From: Aquincola sp.
GTDB lineage: Bacteria; Pseudomonadota; Gammaproteobacteria; Burkholderiales; Burkholderiaceae_C
Length of the DNA stretch: 64,000 nt
Assembly: GCA_022841885.1 (NCBI GenBank)
Contig: JALHQP010000005.1
Location: forward strand, 41,178-105,177
Direction of reading: 5' to 3'
This document shows, one piece after another, positions 1 to 8,419 of the stretch. Every line of letters starts with the position of its first letter. Position 1 is the stretch's first letter. The notes beneath the pieces are model-generated. The model had not been told where the DNA came from and searched no databases. It saw only the letters and a program-made list of their open reading frames with translations. The position numbers and the translations under genes were made by a program.

Positions 1-3000
1 GGCAGCTCCGGCAGCTACTGGAACGGCATGGTCGTCACGCTGTTCAGCAACAGCGGCGACACGACCAACCGCATGATCGGCACGGTGACGGCCTGGAACA
101 GCTCCACCGACGTGATCAGCGTCAACGTCACGACCGCGCAGGGCAGCGGCACGCTGACGAATCCGCGCATCGGCGACGGCGACAACCGGCCCTACTACTA
201 CACCTACAGCGGCAGCGAGACGGCGCTCGGCTACACCTACAACGCCAGCGGCGTGATCACGTCGACCACCTTCTACCAGCAGTGCAACAGCGATGTCGGC
301 TCGACGCCCGGCAGCACGGTGTTCAGCCCGGTCATCGTGACGCCCACGACGATCACGCAGAACTACCGCAACTGGGCAACCTACTACCGCACGCGGTTGT
401 TGATGGCCCAGGCGGCGACGAGCCTGGCGTTCCGCTCCATCGGCGACCGCTTCCGCGTCGGTTTCACGACGATCAGTTCCACCCGCGTCAGCGGGTCGAA
501 CTTCCTCGATGTGGCCGACTTCGACACCGGGCACAAGAGTTCCTTCTACACCGACCTCTTCGGTACCACGGCGCCGTCCGGCAACTACACGCCGCTGCGT
601 GGTGCACTGGCCAAGGCCGGCAAGTACTACGCGAATCGTGGCACCCGTGCCGACGGCACGGCGCAGACCTACGATCCGGTCCAGTTCTCCTGCCAGAAGA
701 ACTTTGCGATCCTGACGACCGACGGCTACTGGAACACCAACGACGAGGTGTCGGGCACCACGTCCACCAGCTACGGCCCGGATCGCCTCGATCAGACGGA
801 TGTGGGTCAGCAGGACGGCGGCGGTACGCCGCGCCCGATGCTCGACGGCGCAACCAGCGTGACGCAGACGCGCACCAGCACGCTGCAGCAGCGGACCGTC
901 TATCCGTGGCAAACGGCCAACGTGACCTTGCAGCGACGCAGCGGTCAGCTACAGACCCGGACGAGTTCCAACGGTGGGTCCTCTTGGGGGTCCTGGTCCA
1001 ACACCAGTTCCTGTACCTGGGACACCAGCGGTAGCAATCGGCGCGAATGCTCCTATGGTGGCAGCGGGGGGTGGACGAACGTGTCCTCGTGCACCGTCGC
1101 AGGCAACACCGGCACCTCCGGCACATGGACCACGACCACGGGTACGCAGTGCCAGTACACAACGCCTGTGTACACGGCGACTGCGAGCTGCACCCCCGTC
1201 GCCCCTTCGACCGGGCCGAACTACACCGTGGCCAATGCGACGCTGTGTAACGCCACGACCACCTACAGCGCGTGGGCCAACATCGGCTCCTGCACTGCGT
1301 CGTCGACCACCGAATGCCAGTACACGGCCTGGGGCGGCTGGTCCAACGTTTCCTCCTGTACCGCGGTTGCGCAGTCGGTCAGCCCGAACTACACGGTGGG
1401 CACCGCGCGTGAGTGCCAGGTGGTCAGTTCCGGCGGCGTCAGCAACTCGCTGGCCGACGTGGCGATGTACTACTACAACACCGACCTGCGGGACACGGCG
1501 CTGGGCAACTGCACGCTGTCCAGCGGCACCAACGTCTGCACGAACAACGTGCCGCCGCGCGGCGGCGACACCGCCACGCACCAGCACATGTCGACCTTCA
1601 CGGTCGGCATGGGGGTCAACGGCACGCTGAGGTACGCCTCGAACTACACGTCGGGCGGTTCGAGCGACTACAACGACATCGTGCAAGGCACGCGCGACTG
1701 GCCGGATCCGATCGCTTCGTCCGGTGCCGCGCGCATCGACGACCTGTGGCACGCCGCGGTCAACGGCCGTGGCCAGTACTTCAACGCGGGCGATCCTGCG
1801 ACGCTGGCCTTGGGCCTCACGGCCGCGCTGACGGCGATCGACGCGCAGACCGGTTCGGGCTCGGGCGCGGCGGCGTCGACCTTGCAGCCGGTGGCCGGCG
1901 ACAACTCGCTGTTCATCGCCAAGTACACCACCGTGCACTGGACGGGCGAGCTGGTGTCGCGATCGATCGATCCGCAGACCGGCGCGATCTCGACCTCCGA
2001 CAACTGGTCGGCCGAACAGCTGCTCGACGCGCGGGTCGCTGCGGGTACGGCGCGCAACATCTACTACATGCAGCGCACGGCCGGTGCCAACACGGGCGCG
2101 CTGCGCAGCTTCACCTATGCAAACCTGAACACCGACGGCTACGGCGGTCACTTCTCGAACGTGTGTTCGAAGGCCGTGCCGCTGAGCCAATGCACGGACT
2201 CGGGCTACGACACCGCATCGGCCAACAGCGGCACCAACATGGTGGAGTACCTGCGCGGCACCAGCGACGTGCGCTACCGCACGCGCCAGCACATCCTGGG
2301 CGACATCGTTGGCGGCGCGCCGGTCTACGTGCGCCGGCCGTCGTTCCAGTACACCGAGAACGGCTACGCCTCCTTCGCGGCCGCCAACGCCTCGCGCACC
2401 GGTGTCGTGTATGTCGCGGCCAACGACGGCATGCTGCACGCCTTCAACGGCGCGACGGGCCAGGAGATGTGGGCCTATGTGCCATCGATGGTGATGGACC
2501 GCATGTACCGCCTGGCGGACAACGACTATGCGAACCGGCACGAGTTCTTCGTCAACGGCGCGCCGGTGGTCGGGGACATCTGGGTGCCGGGCTCGCCGGG
2601 CACCTGGAAGACCATCCTGGTCGGCGGCCTCGGCGCCGGCGGGCAGGGCTACTACGCGCTGGACATCACCGACCCGAGCAATCCGCAAGCGCTGTGGGAG
2701 TTCTCGAACGACAGCCTGGGCGGCGCCAACAACCTCGGCCTCACCTTCGGCAACCCCGTGATCACCAAGCGCGCCGACGGCACCTGGGTCGTGGCCTTCA
2801 CCTCGGGCTACAACAACGTGGTGTCGGGCGGCGACGGCAACGGTCGCCTGTTCGTGGTCAACGCCAACACCGGCCAGCGCCTGCTGACGATCGCCACCGA
2901 GACGTCGACCGGCGTGCCGGCAGGCACCGCGACCGCGCCGAGCGGGCTGGGCAAGCTCAACGCCTGGGTCGAGTCGACGATCGACAACACGGCACGCCGC

Positions 3001-3777
3001 TACTACGCGGGCGACCTTGTGGGCAACCTGTGGCGCTTCGACATCGACAACCTCGTGGCCCCGAACGGTGCAGCGCTGCGCCTGGCCTACCTGAGCGCCG
3101 GCACGCCGGCGACGGCCCAGCCGATCACGACCCAACCCGCGCTCGGCATCGTCGACTACGGCGGCAGCCAGTACCCGGTGGTCTATGTCGGCACGGGCCG
3201 CCTGCTCGGCCTGTCCGACCTGAGCAGCACCGCGGTGCAGAGCGTCTATGCCATCAAGGACCCGCTGACCAACACGCCGCTGGGCGACGTGCATGCGAGC
3301 AGCACGATGGTGGCGCAGGTGCTGTCGCAGGCCTCGGCCAACGCGCCGCGCACGGTCACCAACAACGCGGTCGACTGGTCGACGCAAAGCGGTTGGTATG
3401 TCGACCTGATCGGCAGCGGCGAACGGGTCAACGTCGACATGCAGGTGATCTTCCAGACCCTGAACGTGGCCAGCAACACGCCCAACAACGACGCCTGCAC
3501 GGCGGGTGGCAGTTCGTACCTCTACCACTTCAACCTGAACACCGGCTCGGCGCCGATCGGTTCGACCGACGGTGTGGTGGGTACGTGGCTGGGCGGCACG
3601 ATGGTGGTCGGCATGAGCTACCTGACGCTCCAGCAGTCGGGCGGCGATGCCGGCTCGGGCCGCACGATCACCGTGATCGTCGACAACCGTGGCGTGCCGC
3701 GCACCGACGATGTGCCGCCGCCGCCGCCGCCGGCCGCCACCGGACGTCGAACCTCGTGGCGCGAGCTGGTGAACTGA
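1..3777 (+). CDS. pilY1: Type IV pilus tip-associated adhesin PilY1, 5' end outside window
   Basis: Frame 1 is open from base 1 (no stop before the ATG at 28), so the gene is truncated by the window edge. Translation shows an NYRNWATYYRTR-type vWA N-terminal region. It also has the PilY1 C-terminal propeller signature VVYVAANDGMLHAFNGATGQEMWAYVPS and GGLGAGGQGYYALDITDP. It ends ...RRTSWRELVN. Confidence 0.85.
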   Translation, partial: GSSGSYWNGMVVTLFSNSGDTTNRMIGTVTAWNSSTDVISVNVTTAQGSGTLTNPRIGDGDNRPYYYTYSGSETALGYTYNASGVITSTTFYQQCNSDVGSTPGSTVFSPVIVTPTTITQNYRNWATYYRTRLLMAQAATSLAFRSIGDRFRVGFTTISSTRVSGSNFLDVADFDTGHKSSFYTDLFGTTAPSGNYTPLRGALAKAGKYYANRGTRADGTAQTYDPVQFSCQKNFAILTTDGYWNTNDEVSGTTSTSYGPDRLDQTDVGQQDGGGTPRPMLDGATSVTQTRTSTLQQRTVYPWQTANVTLQRRSGQLQTRTSSNGGSSWGSWSNTSSCTWDTSGSNRRECSYGGSGGWTNVSSCTVAGNTGTSGTWTTTTGTQCQYTTPVYTATASCTPVAPSTGPNYTVANATLCNATTTYSAWANIGSCTASSTTECQYTAWGGWSNVSSCTAVAQSVSPNYTVGTARECQVVSSGGVSNSLADVAMYYYNTDLRDTALGNCTLSSGTNVCTNNVPPRGGDTATHQHMSTFTVGMGVNGTLRYASNYTSGGSSDYNDIVQGTRDWPDPIASSGAARIDDLWHAAVNGRGQYFNAGDPATLALGLTAALTAIDAQTGSGSGAAASTLQPVAGDNSLFIAKYTTVHWTGELVSRSIDPQTGAISTSDNWSAEQLLDARVAAGTARNIYYMQRTAGANTGALRSFTYANLNTDGYGGHFSNVCSKAVPLSQCTDSGYDTASANSGTNMVEYLRGTSDVRYRTRQHILGDIVGGAPVYVRRPSFQYTENGYASFAAANASRTGVVYVAANDGMLHAFNGATGQEMWAYVPSMVMDRMYRLADNDYANRHEFFVNGAPVVGDIWVPGSPGTWKTILVGGLGAGGQGYYALDITDPSNPQALWEFSNDSLGGANNLGLTFGNPVITKRADGTWVVAFTSGYNNVVSGGDGNGRLFVVNANTGQRLLTIATETSTGVPAGTATAPSGLGKLNAWVESTIDNTARRYYAGDLVGNLWRFDIDNLVAPNGAALRLAYLSAGTPATAQPITTQPALGIVDYGGSQYPVVYVGTGRLLGLSDLSSTAVQSVYAIKDPLTNTPLGDVHASSTMVAQVLSQASANAPRTVTNNAVDWSTQSGWYVDLIGSGERVNVDMQVIFQTLNVASNTPNNDACTAGGSSYLYHFNLNTGSAPIGSTDGVVGTWLGGTMVVGMSYLTLQQSGGDAGSGRTITVIVDNRGVPRTDDVPPPPPPAATGRRTSWRELVN
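3715..3732 (+). repeat. (CCG)6 trinucleotide run inside pilY1 encoding PPPPPP
   Basis: Read directly: gtg ccg ccg ccg ccg ccg ccg gcc gcc, in the pilY1 frame. Confidence 0.9.
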
Positions 3778-3787
3778 GACGCGGGCG

Positions 3788-4492
3788 ATGAATCAGGCGG
3801 CGCTGGCGCCGGCCATGCTCCCCGCGGCGCGGCGGACCGATCTGCGCAAGATCGGTCCGGTCGTGGGGCTGGTGGTGACACTGCACGCGCTGTTGCTGGC
3901 GGTGCCGCGACAGCCGGCGGTGGCTTCCGGCGTGTCGTCGTCGGCGCCTGCGTCGGTCCAGGTTCGCTTGCTGGAGGTGGCGTCCAAGCCGGCTGAACCG
4001 CCGGCGGCGCACGGCGGCGCACCGGCACCGTCCGGCGCGCCGGTCGCGGCCGCGCCAGTGTTCGAGGAGGTCGGCGTTGCATCGTCCGCGGCGTCGCTGC
4101 CCGACATGGCGCCGGTTCCGCCACCCGCCGACACCTGGTTCGGGCTCGCGCTGCCCGGCGTCGCCACCGAAGACGATCTGTACTTCCCGCGCGCACTGCT
4201 CTCGCACGCGCCGGCAGCGCTCGACCCGGTGATCATCGACTACCCGCGCTTCGAAGGTGACATCGGCCGCTACGTGGCCGAGCTGTCGCTGTTCATCGAC
4301 GAGACGGGCCGTGTCGCGCGCGTGCGCGTCGACAGCGGCTCGCTGCCGCCGGCCCTGGAGGATGCGGCCCGCCGCGCCTTTGCGCAGGCACGCTTTCGCC
4401 CCGGCGAGGTGGCCGAGCACGGTGCGGTCAAGTCGCGCATCCGTATCGAAGTCATCTTCGAAAGCGGCCAACGGCTGCCATCCGGCGGCTGA
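3788..4492 (+). CDS. Membrane-anchored protein with TonB C-terminal-like domain
   Basis: ATG 11 nt after the pilY1 stop. N-terminal hydrophobic segment GPVVGLVVTLHALLLAV, a Pro/Ala-rich linker, then a C-terminus matching the TonB_C pattern (YPRFEGDIGRYVAELSLFIDETGRVARVRVDSGS...LEDAARRAFAQARFRPGE...RIRIEVIF). Third codon positions are G/C rich. Confidence 0.6.
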   Translation: MNQAALAPAMLPAARRTDLRKIGPVVGLVVTLHALLLAVPRQPAVASGVSSSAPASVQVRLLEVASKPAEPPAAHGGAPAPSGAPVAAAPVFEEVGVASSAASLPDMAPVPPPADTWFGLALPGVATEDDLYFPRALLSHAPAALDPVIIDYPRFEGDIGRYVAELSLFIDETGRVARVRVDSGSLPPALEDAARRAFAQARFRPGEVAEHGAVKSRIRIEVIFESGQRLPSGG

Positions 4493-4632
4493 GCCCTCGG
4501 GTCGGCGCGCGGGCTCCCGGCCTGCCTTTGGGGCCTCTGCGGGGAATCCCGCATGTCGCAGGGGCCGCATGAGAGAATCCGGCGCACAAAAACCGCCGTC
4601 GCGCTCCGGGCCCTGCTGGCCCGCCACGCCGC

Positions 4633-5445
4633 TTGAACAAGCCTCCCGCGCTCATCGAGATCGATCACGTCACGTTCGGCTATGACGCCAGCCGCACGAT
4701 CCTGGCCGACATCAGCCTGACGTTCCAGCGCGGCAAGGTCACGTCCATCCTCGGTGGCTCGGGCTGCGGCAAGACCACGCTGCTGCGACTGATCGGCGGC
4801 ATGGCGGCGGCCAACTCGGGACGGGTGGTCTTCGACGGCGAACCAGTCAACCCACGCGACCGCGCGAGGATGCTGCGCATGCGGCGCCGCATGGGCATGC
4901 TGTTCCAGTTCGGCGCGCTGTTCACCGACCTCACGGTGTTCGACAACGTGGCCTTTCCGTTGCGTGAGCACACCGACCTGAGCGTGTCGATGATCCGCGA
5001 CATCGTGCTGATGAAGCTGAATGCGGTCGGCCTGCGCGGCGCGGCCGGGTTGCGCATCTCCGAGGTGTCGGGCGGCATGGCGCGGCGCATCGCGCTGGCG
5101 CGCGCGATCGCGCTCGACCCGGAACTGATCATGTACGACGAGCCCTTCGCCGGGCTCGACCTGATCTCGATGGGCGTGGCCGCCAACCTGATCCGCAAGC
5201 TCAACGACGCCACCGGTGCCACCTCGCTCGTGGTGTCGCACGACGTGCCCGAGTGCATGGCGATCAGCGACCACGTCATCCTGCTGGCCGGAGGCGGGCG
5301 CATCGTGGCCCAGGGCACGCCGGCCGAACTGATGGCGTCTGCCGACCCCGAGACGCGCCAGTTCGTGCGCGGCGAGCCCGACGGACCGGTCAAGTTCCAC
5401 TACCCCGCGCCGACGCTGGCCGAGGACTTCGGGGTTGCCGCATGA
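4633..5445 (+). CDS. mlaF: Phospholipid ABC transporter ATP-binding protein MlaF
   Basis: Walker A GGSGCGKTT, ABC signature VSGGMARRIALARA, Walker B LIMYDEPFAGLD. Followed by mlaE and mlaD. TTG start is the only in-frame start, and no clear SD is present. Confidence 0.9.
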   Translation: MNKPPALIEIDHVTFGYDASRTILADISLTFQRGKVTSILGGSGCGKTTLLRLIGGMAAANSGRVVFDGEPVNPRDRARMLRMRRRMGMLFQFGALFTDLTVFDNVAFPLREHTDLSVSMIRDIVLMKLNAVGLRGAAGLRISEVSGGMARRIALARAIALDPELIMYDEPFAGLDLISMGVAANLIRKLNDATGATSLVVSHDVPECMAISDHVILLAGGGRIVAQGTPAELMASADPETRQFVRGEPDGPVKFHYPAPTLAEDFGVAA

Positions 5446-6221
5446 ACGCGCTCGCGCTCCTCGGCGTTCACGCGCTGCGCTGGCTGCACGGCTTCGGCCG
5501 TGCGGCCATCTTCTTCGCCGACCTGCTGGCCCATGTGCCCGCGGCGCTCGGGCGCTTCGGCCTCGTGGTGCACCAGGTCCATGCGGTGGGCAACCGCTCG
5601 CTGGTGATCATCCTGGCCTCGGGCCTGGCGGTCGGCTTCGTGCTTGCGCTGCAGATGTACTACGCGCTCGTCACCTACGGCGCCGCGGAGTCGCTGGGCC
5701 TGATCGTCAACCTGTCGCTGGTGCGCGAGCTCGGGCCGGTGGTGGCGGCCCTGCTGTTCGCCGGTCGCGCCGGCACCTCGCTCACCGCCGAGATCGGCCT
5801 GATGAAGGCCGGCGAGCAGCTCGCGGCGATGGAGATGATGGCGGTGGACCCGCGCGTGCGCGTGCTGGCGCCGCGCTTCCTTGGTGGCATGATCTCGATG
5901 CCCTTGCTGGCGGCGCTGTTCTCGGCGATCGGTATCCTGGGCGCCTACGTCGTCGGCGTGCTGCTGATCGGCCTGGATGCCGGCAACTTCTGGGGCCTGA
6001 TGCAGGCGCGAGTGGACGTGTGGCGTGACGTCGGCAATGGTGTTGTCAAGAGCTTCGTGTTCGGCGTGCTGTGCACCGCGGTGGCGCTGTACCAGGGCTA
6101 CGAGACCGAGGCCACGCCCGAGGGTGTGGCCCATGCCACCACGCGCACGGTGGTGATCTCCTCGCTCGGCGTGCTGGGCGTGGACTTCGTGTTGACGGCG
6201 CTGATGTTCTCGGCGCCCTGA
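5442..6221 (+). CDS. mlaE: Phospholipid ABC transporter permease MlaE
   Basis: ATG at 5442 overlaps the mlaF stop (ATGA). Polytopic membrane protein with MlaE-type sequence (VRELGPVVAALLFAGRAGTSLTAEIGLMKAGEQLAAMEMMAVDP). The upstream part of ORF 5253..6221 overlaps mlaF and is rejected. Confidence 0.9.
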   Translation: MNALALLGVHALRWLHGFGRAAIFFADLLAHVPAALGRFGLVVHQVHAVGNRSLVIILASGLAVGFVLALQMYYALVTYGAAESLGLIVNLSLVRELGPVVAALLFAGRAGTSLTAEIGLMKAGEQLAAMEMMAVDPRVRVLAPRFLGGMISMPLLAALFSAIGILGAYVVGVLLIGLDAGNFWGLMQARVDVWRDVGNGVVKSFVFGVLCTAVALYQGYETEATPEGVAHATTRTVVISSLGVLGVDFVLTALMFSAP

Positions 6222-6237
6222 ATCTGGAGGCGATGGT

Positions 6238-6732
6238 ATGAGCCGACGCAGCATCGAGACCCTGGTGGGCCTGTTCGTCCTGCTGGGCATGGCCGCCCTG
6301 CTGTTCCTGGCGCTGAAGGCGGCCAACCTGGCCAGCTTCGGCGAGCACAAGGGCTACACCGTCAGTGCCCGCTTCGACAACATCGGCGGCCTGAAGCCGC
6401 GCGCCCCGGTGCGCAGCGCCGGCGTCACGGTGGGGCGCGTCAAGAGCATCTCGCTCGATGCCAAGACCTACCAGGGCGTGGTGCGCATGGAGATCGACAG
6501 CCACATCAAGTTCCCGAAGGACACCTCGGCCAAGATCCTGACGGCCGGCCTGCTCGGCGACCAGTACGTCGGCCTCGAGCCGGGTGCCGACGAACAGGAG
6601 CTCGCCCCCCGCGACGTGATCCGTCAGACCCAGTCGGCCGTCGTGCTCGAGAACCTGATCGGCCAGCTGATCTTCAACAAGGCCGCCGAAGCGGGCTCCA
6701 CGGCGCCCGCCGACGCAACGCCCAAGAAATGA
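6238..6732 (+). CDS. mlaD: MCE-domain periplasmic component MlaD
   Basis: GGAGG at 6226-6230. N-terminal TM ETLVGLFVLLGMAALLFLAL, then an MCE domain (YTVSARFDNIGGLKPRAPVRSAGVTVGRV). Sits in operon context. Confidence 0.9.
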   Translation: MSRRSIETLVGLFVLLGMAALLFLALKAANLASFGEHKGYTVSARFDNIGGLKPRAPVRSAGVTVGRVKSISLDAKTYQGVVRMEIDSHIKFPKDTSAKILTAGLLGDQYVGLEPGADEQELAPRDVIRQTQSAVVLENLIGQLIFNKAAEAGSTAPADATPKK

Positions 6733-7448
6733 CGATGAAGGCCAAGCTGTTCTGGATCGCGCTGCTGGCCGGCGCCGCCGGACTGACGCACGCGCAGTCG
6801 GCCACCAGGAACGACCCGCTCGAGCCGTACAACCGCGCGATGTTCGGCTTCAACGAGGCGCTGGACAACGCGGTGCTCGCGCCGCTGGCCCGGGGGTACG
6901 TGGCCGTCGTCCCCGAGCTCGCGCGCAGCGGCGTGTCCAATGTGTTCGGCAACTTCGGCGATGTCTGGTCGGCGTTCAATCAGCTGCTGCAAGGCAAGGG
7001 CGAAGCGGCCGCGACGATGACGATGCGTGTGGCCACGAACACCCTGTTCGGCATCGGCGGTCTGTTCGACGTCGCGAGCGACCTGGGCATGGAGCGCCAG
7101 AGCGAGGACTTCGGGCAGACGCTCGGCCGCTGGGGCCTGCCCGCGGGGCCGTATTTCGTGTGGCCGGTGCTGGGGCCGTCGACGATCCGAGACAGCGCCG
7201 GCCGGCCATTGGACCTGGCCTGGTCGCCCACCCGCCTGACCGAGCACGACCTGACGCGCTACTCGATCTCCGGCCTGCAACTGATCGACACCCGCGCCAA
7301 CCTGCTCGGCGCCACGCGCGTGCTCGACGGCATCGCGCTGGACAAGTACACCTTCATTCGCGACGCTTACATCGCGCGACGGCGCAACCTGGTGTACGAC
7401 GGCGACCCGCCCGAGGAACCCGCGACCCCCGAACCCGCTCCCAAGTAA
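6729..7448 (+). CDS. mlaA: MlaA/VacJ family outer-membrane lipid-asymmetry protein (no cysteine present)
   Basis: ATGA overlap with the mlaD stop. VacJ signature DPLEPYNRAMFGFNEALD and FGQTLGRWGLPAGPYFVWPVLGPSTIRD. Confidence 0.85.
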   Translation: MTMKAKLFWIALLAGAAGLTHAQSATRNDPLEPYNRAMFGFNEALDNAVLAPLARGYVAVVPELARSGVSNVFGNFGDVWSAFNQLLQGKGEAAATMTMRVATNTLFGIGGLFDVASDLGMERQSEDFGQTLGRWGLPAGPYFVWPVLGPSTIRDSAGRPLDLAWSPTRLTEHDLTRYSISGLQLIDTRANLLGATRVLDGIALDKYTFIRDAYIARRRNLVYDGDPPEEPATPEPAPK

Positions 7449-7517
7449 ACCCCGAGCGCGGGCTCGCGTTGAAGGCCCTGTGCCCGCGACGCGGCCGCAC
7501 GCCGAGAAAGGAAACCC

Positions 7518-8117
7518 ATGTCCCTGAAGCACATCCTGGCCGGCCTGATGGTCGCCGCGACCGTCACCGCGCAAGCGCAGGCGACGCCCGACGCGTTGAT
7601 CAAGCAGCTGTCCACCGAGGTGATCGATACCGTCAAGTCGGACAAGGCGATCCAGGCCGGCGACCTGGGCAGGATCATCGCGCTGGTGGACGCCAAGGTC
7701 ATGCCGCACGTCAACTTCCAGCGCATGACGGCCTCGGCCGTCGGCCGCCACTGGCGCGAAGCCACGCTCGAGCAGAAGGCCAAGCTGCAAGCCGAGTTCA
7801 AGACCCTGCTGGTGCGCACCTATGCGGGCGCCCTGACGCAGGTGAAGGACCAGAGCGTGGCGCTCAAGCCGCTGCGCGCGGCTGCCGGCGACACCGAGGT
7901 CGTGGTGCGCACCGAAATCAAGGGCAAGGGCGAGCCGATCCAGCTCGACTACCGGCTCGAGAAGTCCGATGCGGCCTGGAAGATCTACGACGTCAACGTG
8001 CTCGGCGTCTGGCTGGTCGAGCAGTACAAGTCCAGCTTCGCGCAGGAGATCGGTGCCGGCGGCATCGACGGCCTGATCGGCAAGCTCGCCGAGCGCAACA
8101 AGGGCGCCAAGAGCTGA
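7518..8117 (+). CDS. mlaC: Periplasmic phospholipid-binding protein MlaC (Ttg2D family)
   Basis: AAGGAAA upstream. Signal peptide MSLKHILAGLMVAATVTAQAQA. Ttg2D-like body (VMPHVNFQRMTASAVGRHWREAT, WKIYDVNVLGVWLVEQYKSSF). Confidence 0.85.
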   Translation: MSLKHILAGLMVAATVTAQAQATPDALIKQLSTEVIDTVKSDKAIQAGDLGRIIALVDAKVMPHVNFQRMTASAVGRHWREATLEQKAKLQAEFKTLLVRTYAGALTQVKDQSVALKPLRAAAGDTEVVVRTEIKGKGEPIQLDYRLEKSDAAWKIYDVNVLGVWLVEQYKSSFAQEIGAGGIDGLIGKLAERNKGAKS

Positions 8118-8125
8118 CCTGCCTG

Positions 8126-8419
8126 ATGAGCGCGCTGCCGGCCAGCCTGACGATCAAGGACGCGCGAGCCGCGGTGCGCGTGCTCGAGCCGGCGGTCGGC
8201 GACGGCGGCGGCGTGCTCGCGATCGATGCGAGCGCGCTGAAGAGCTTCGACACCTCGGCCATCGCCACGCTGCTCGAACTGCGGCGCCAGGCACAAGCCG
8301 TGGGCCGCACGCTCGCCGTGACCGGTGCGCCGCCGGCCATGGTCGAGCTGGCGGGCCTGTACGGCGTCGCCGACTTGCTCGGCTTCGAAACCGACGATCA
8401 GTCTTCGGCGCGCGCGTAG
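8126..8419 (+). CDS. mlaB: STAS-domain protein MlaB
   Basis: ATG at 8126, in frame with the tail of ORF 7160..8419. 97 aa STAS-like sequence (LAIDASALKSFDTSAIATLLELRRQAQAVGRTLAVTGAPPAMVELAGLYGV). Immediately follows mlaC. Confidence 0.75.
   Translation: MSALPASLTIKDARAAVRVLEPAVGDGGGVLAIDASALKSFDTSAIATLLELRRQAQAVGRTLAVTGAPPAMVELAGLYGVADLLGFETDDQSSARA

Noticed and set aside
949-3528. Very long alternative-frame and antisense ORFs throughout the window. Examples: 949..3528 (-), 1413..3791 (+), 16611..18896 (-), 28600..30693 (+), 34614..37334 (-), 60744..62831 (-).
   Set aside because: Their translations are Arg/Ala/Gly/Pro-rich low-complexity strings, as expected from stop-codon depletion in very GC-rich DNA. 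Each lies opposite or out of frame to a gene with clear family motifs and G/C-rich third positions.
4512-4560. Possible third, degenerate arm of the family 1 palindromic element (CTCCCGGCCTGCCTTTGGGG...GAATCCCGCATG) in the spacer before mlaF.
   Set aside because: Only about 13 contiguous nt match the core TCCGGCCTGCCT, and no partner arm is present. This is too weak to call without a computed alignment.
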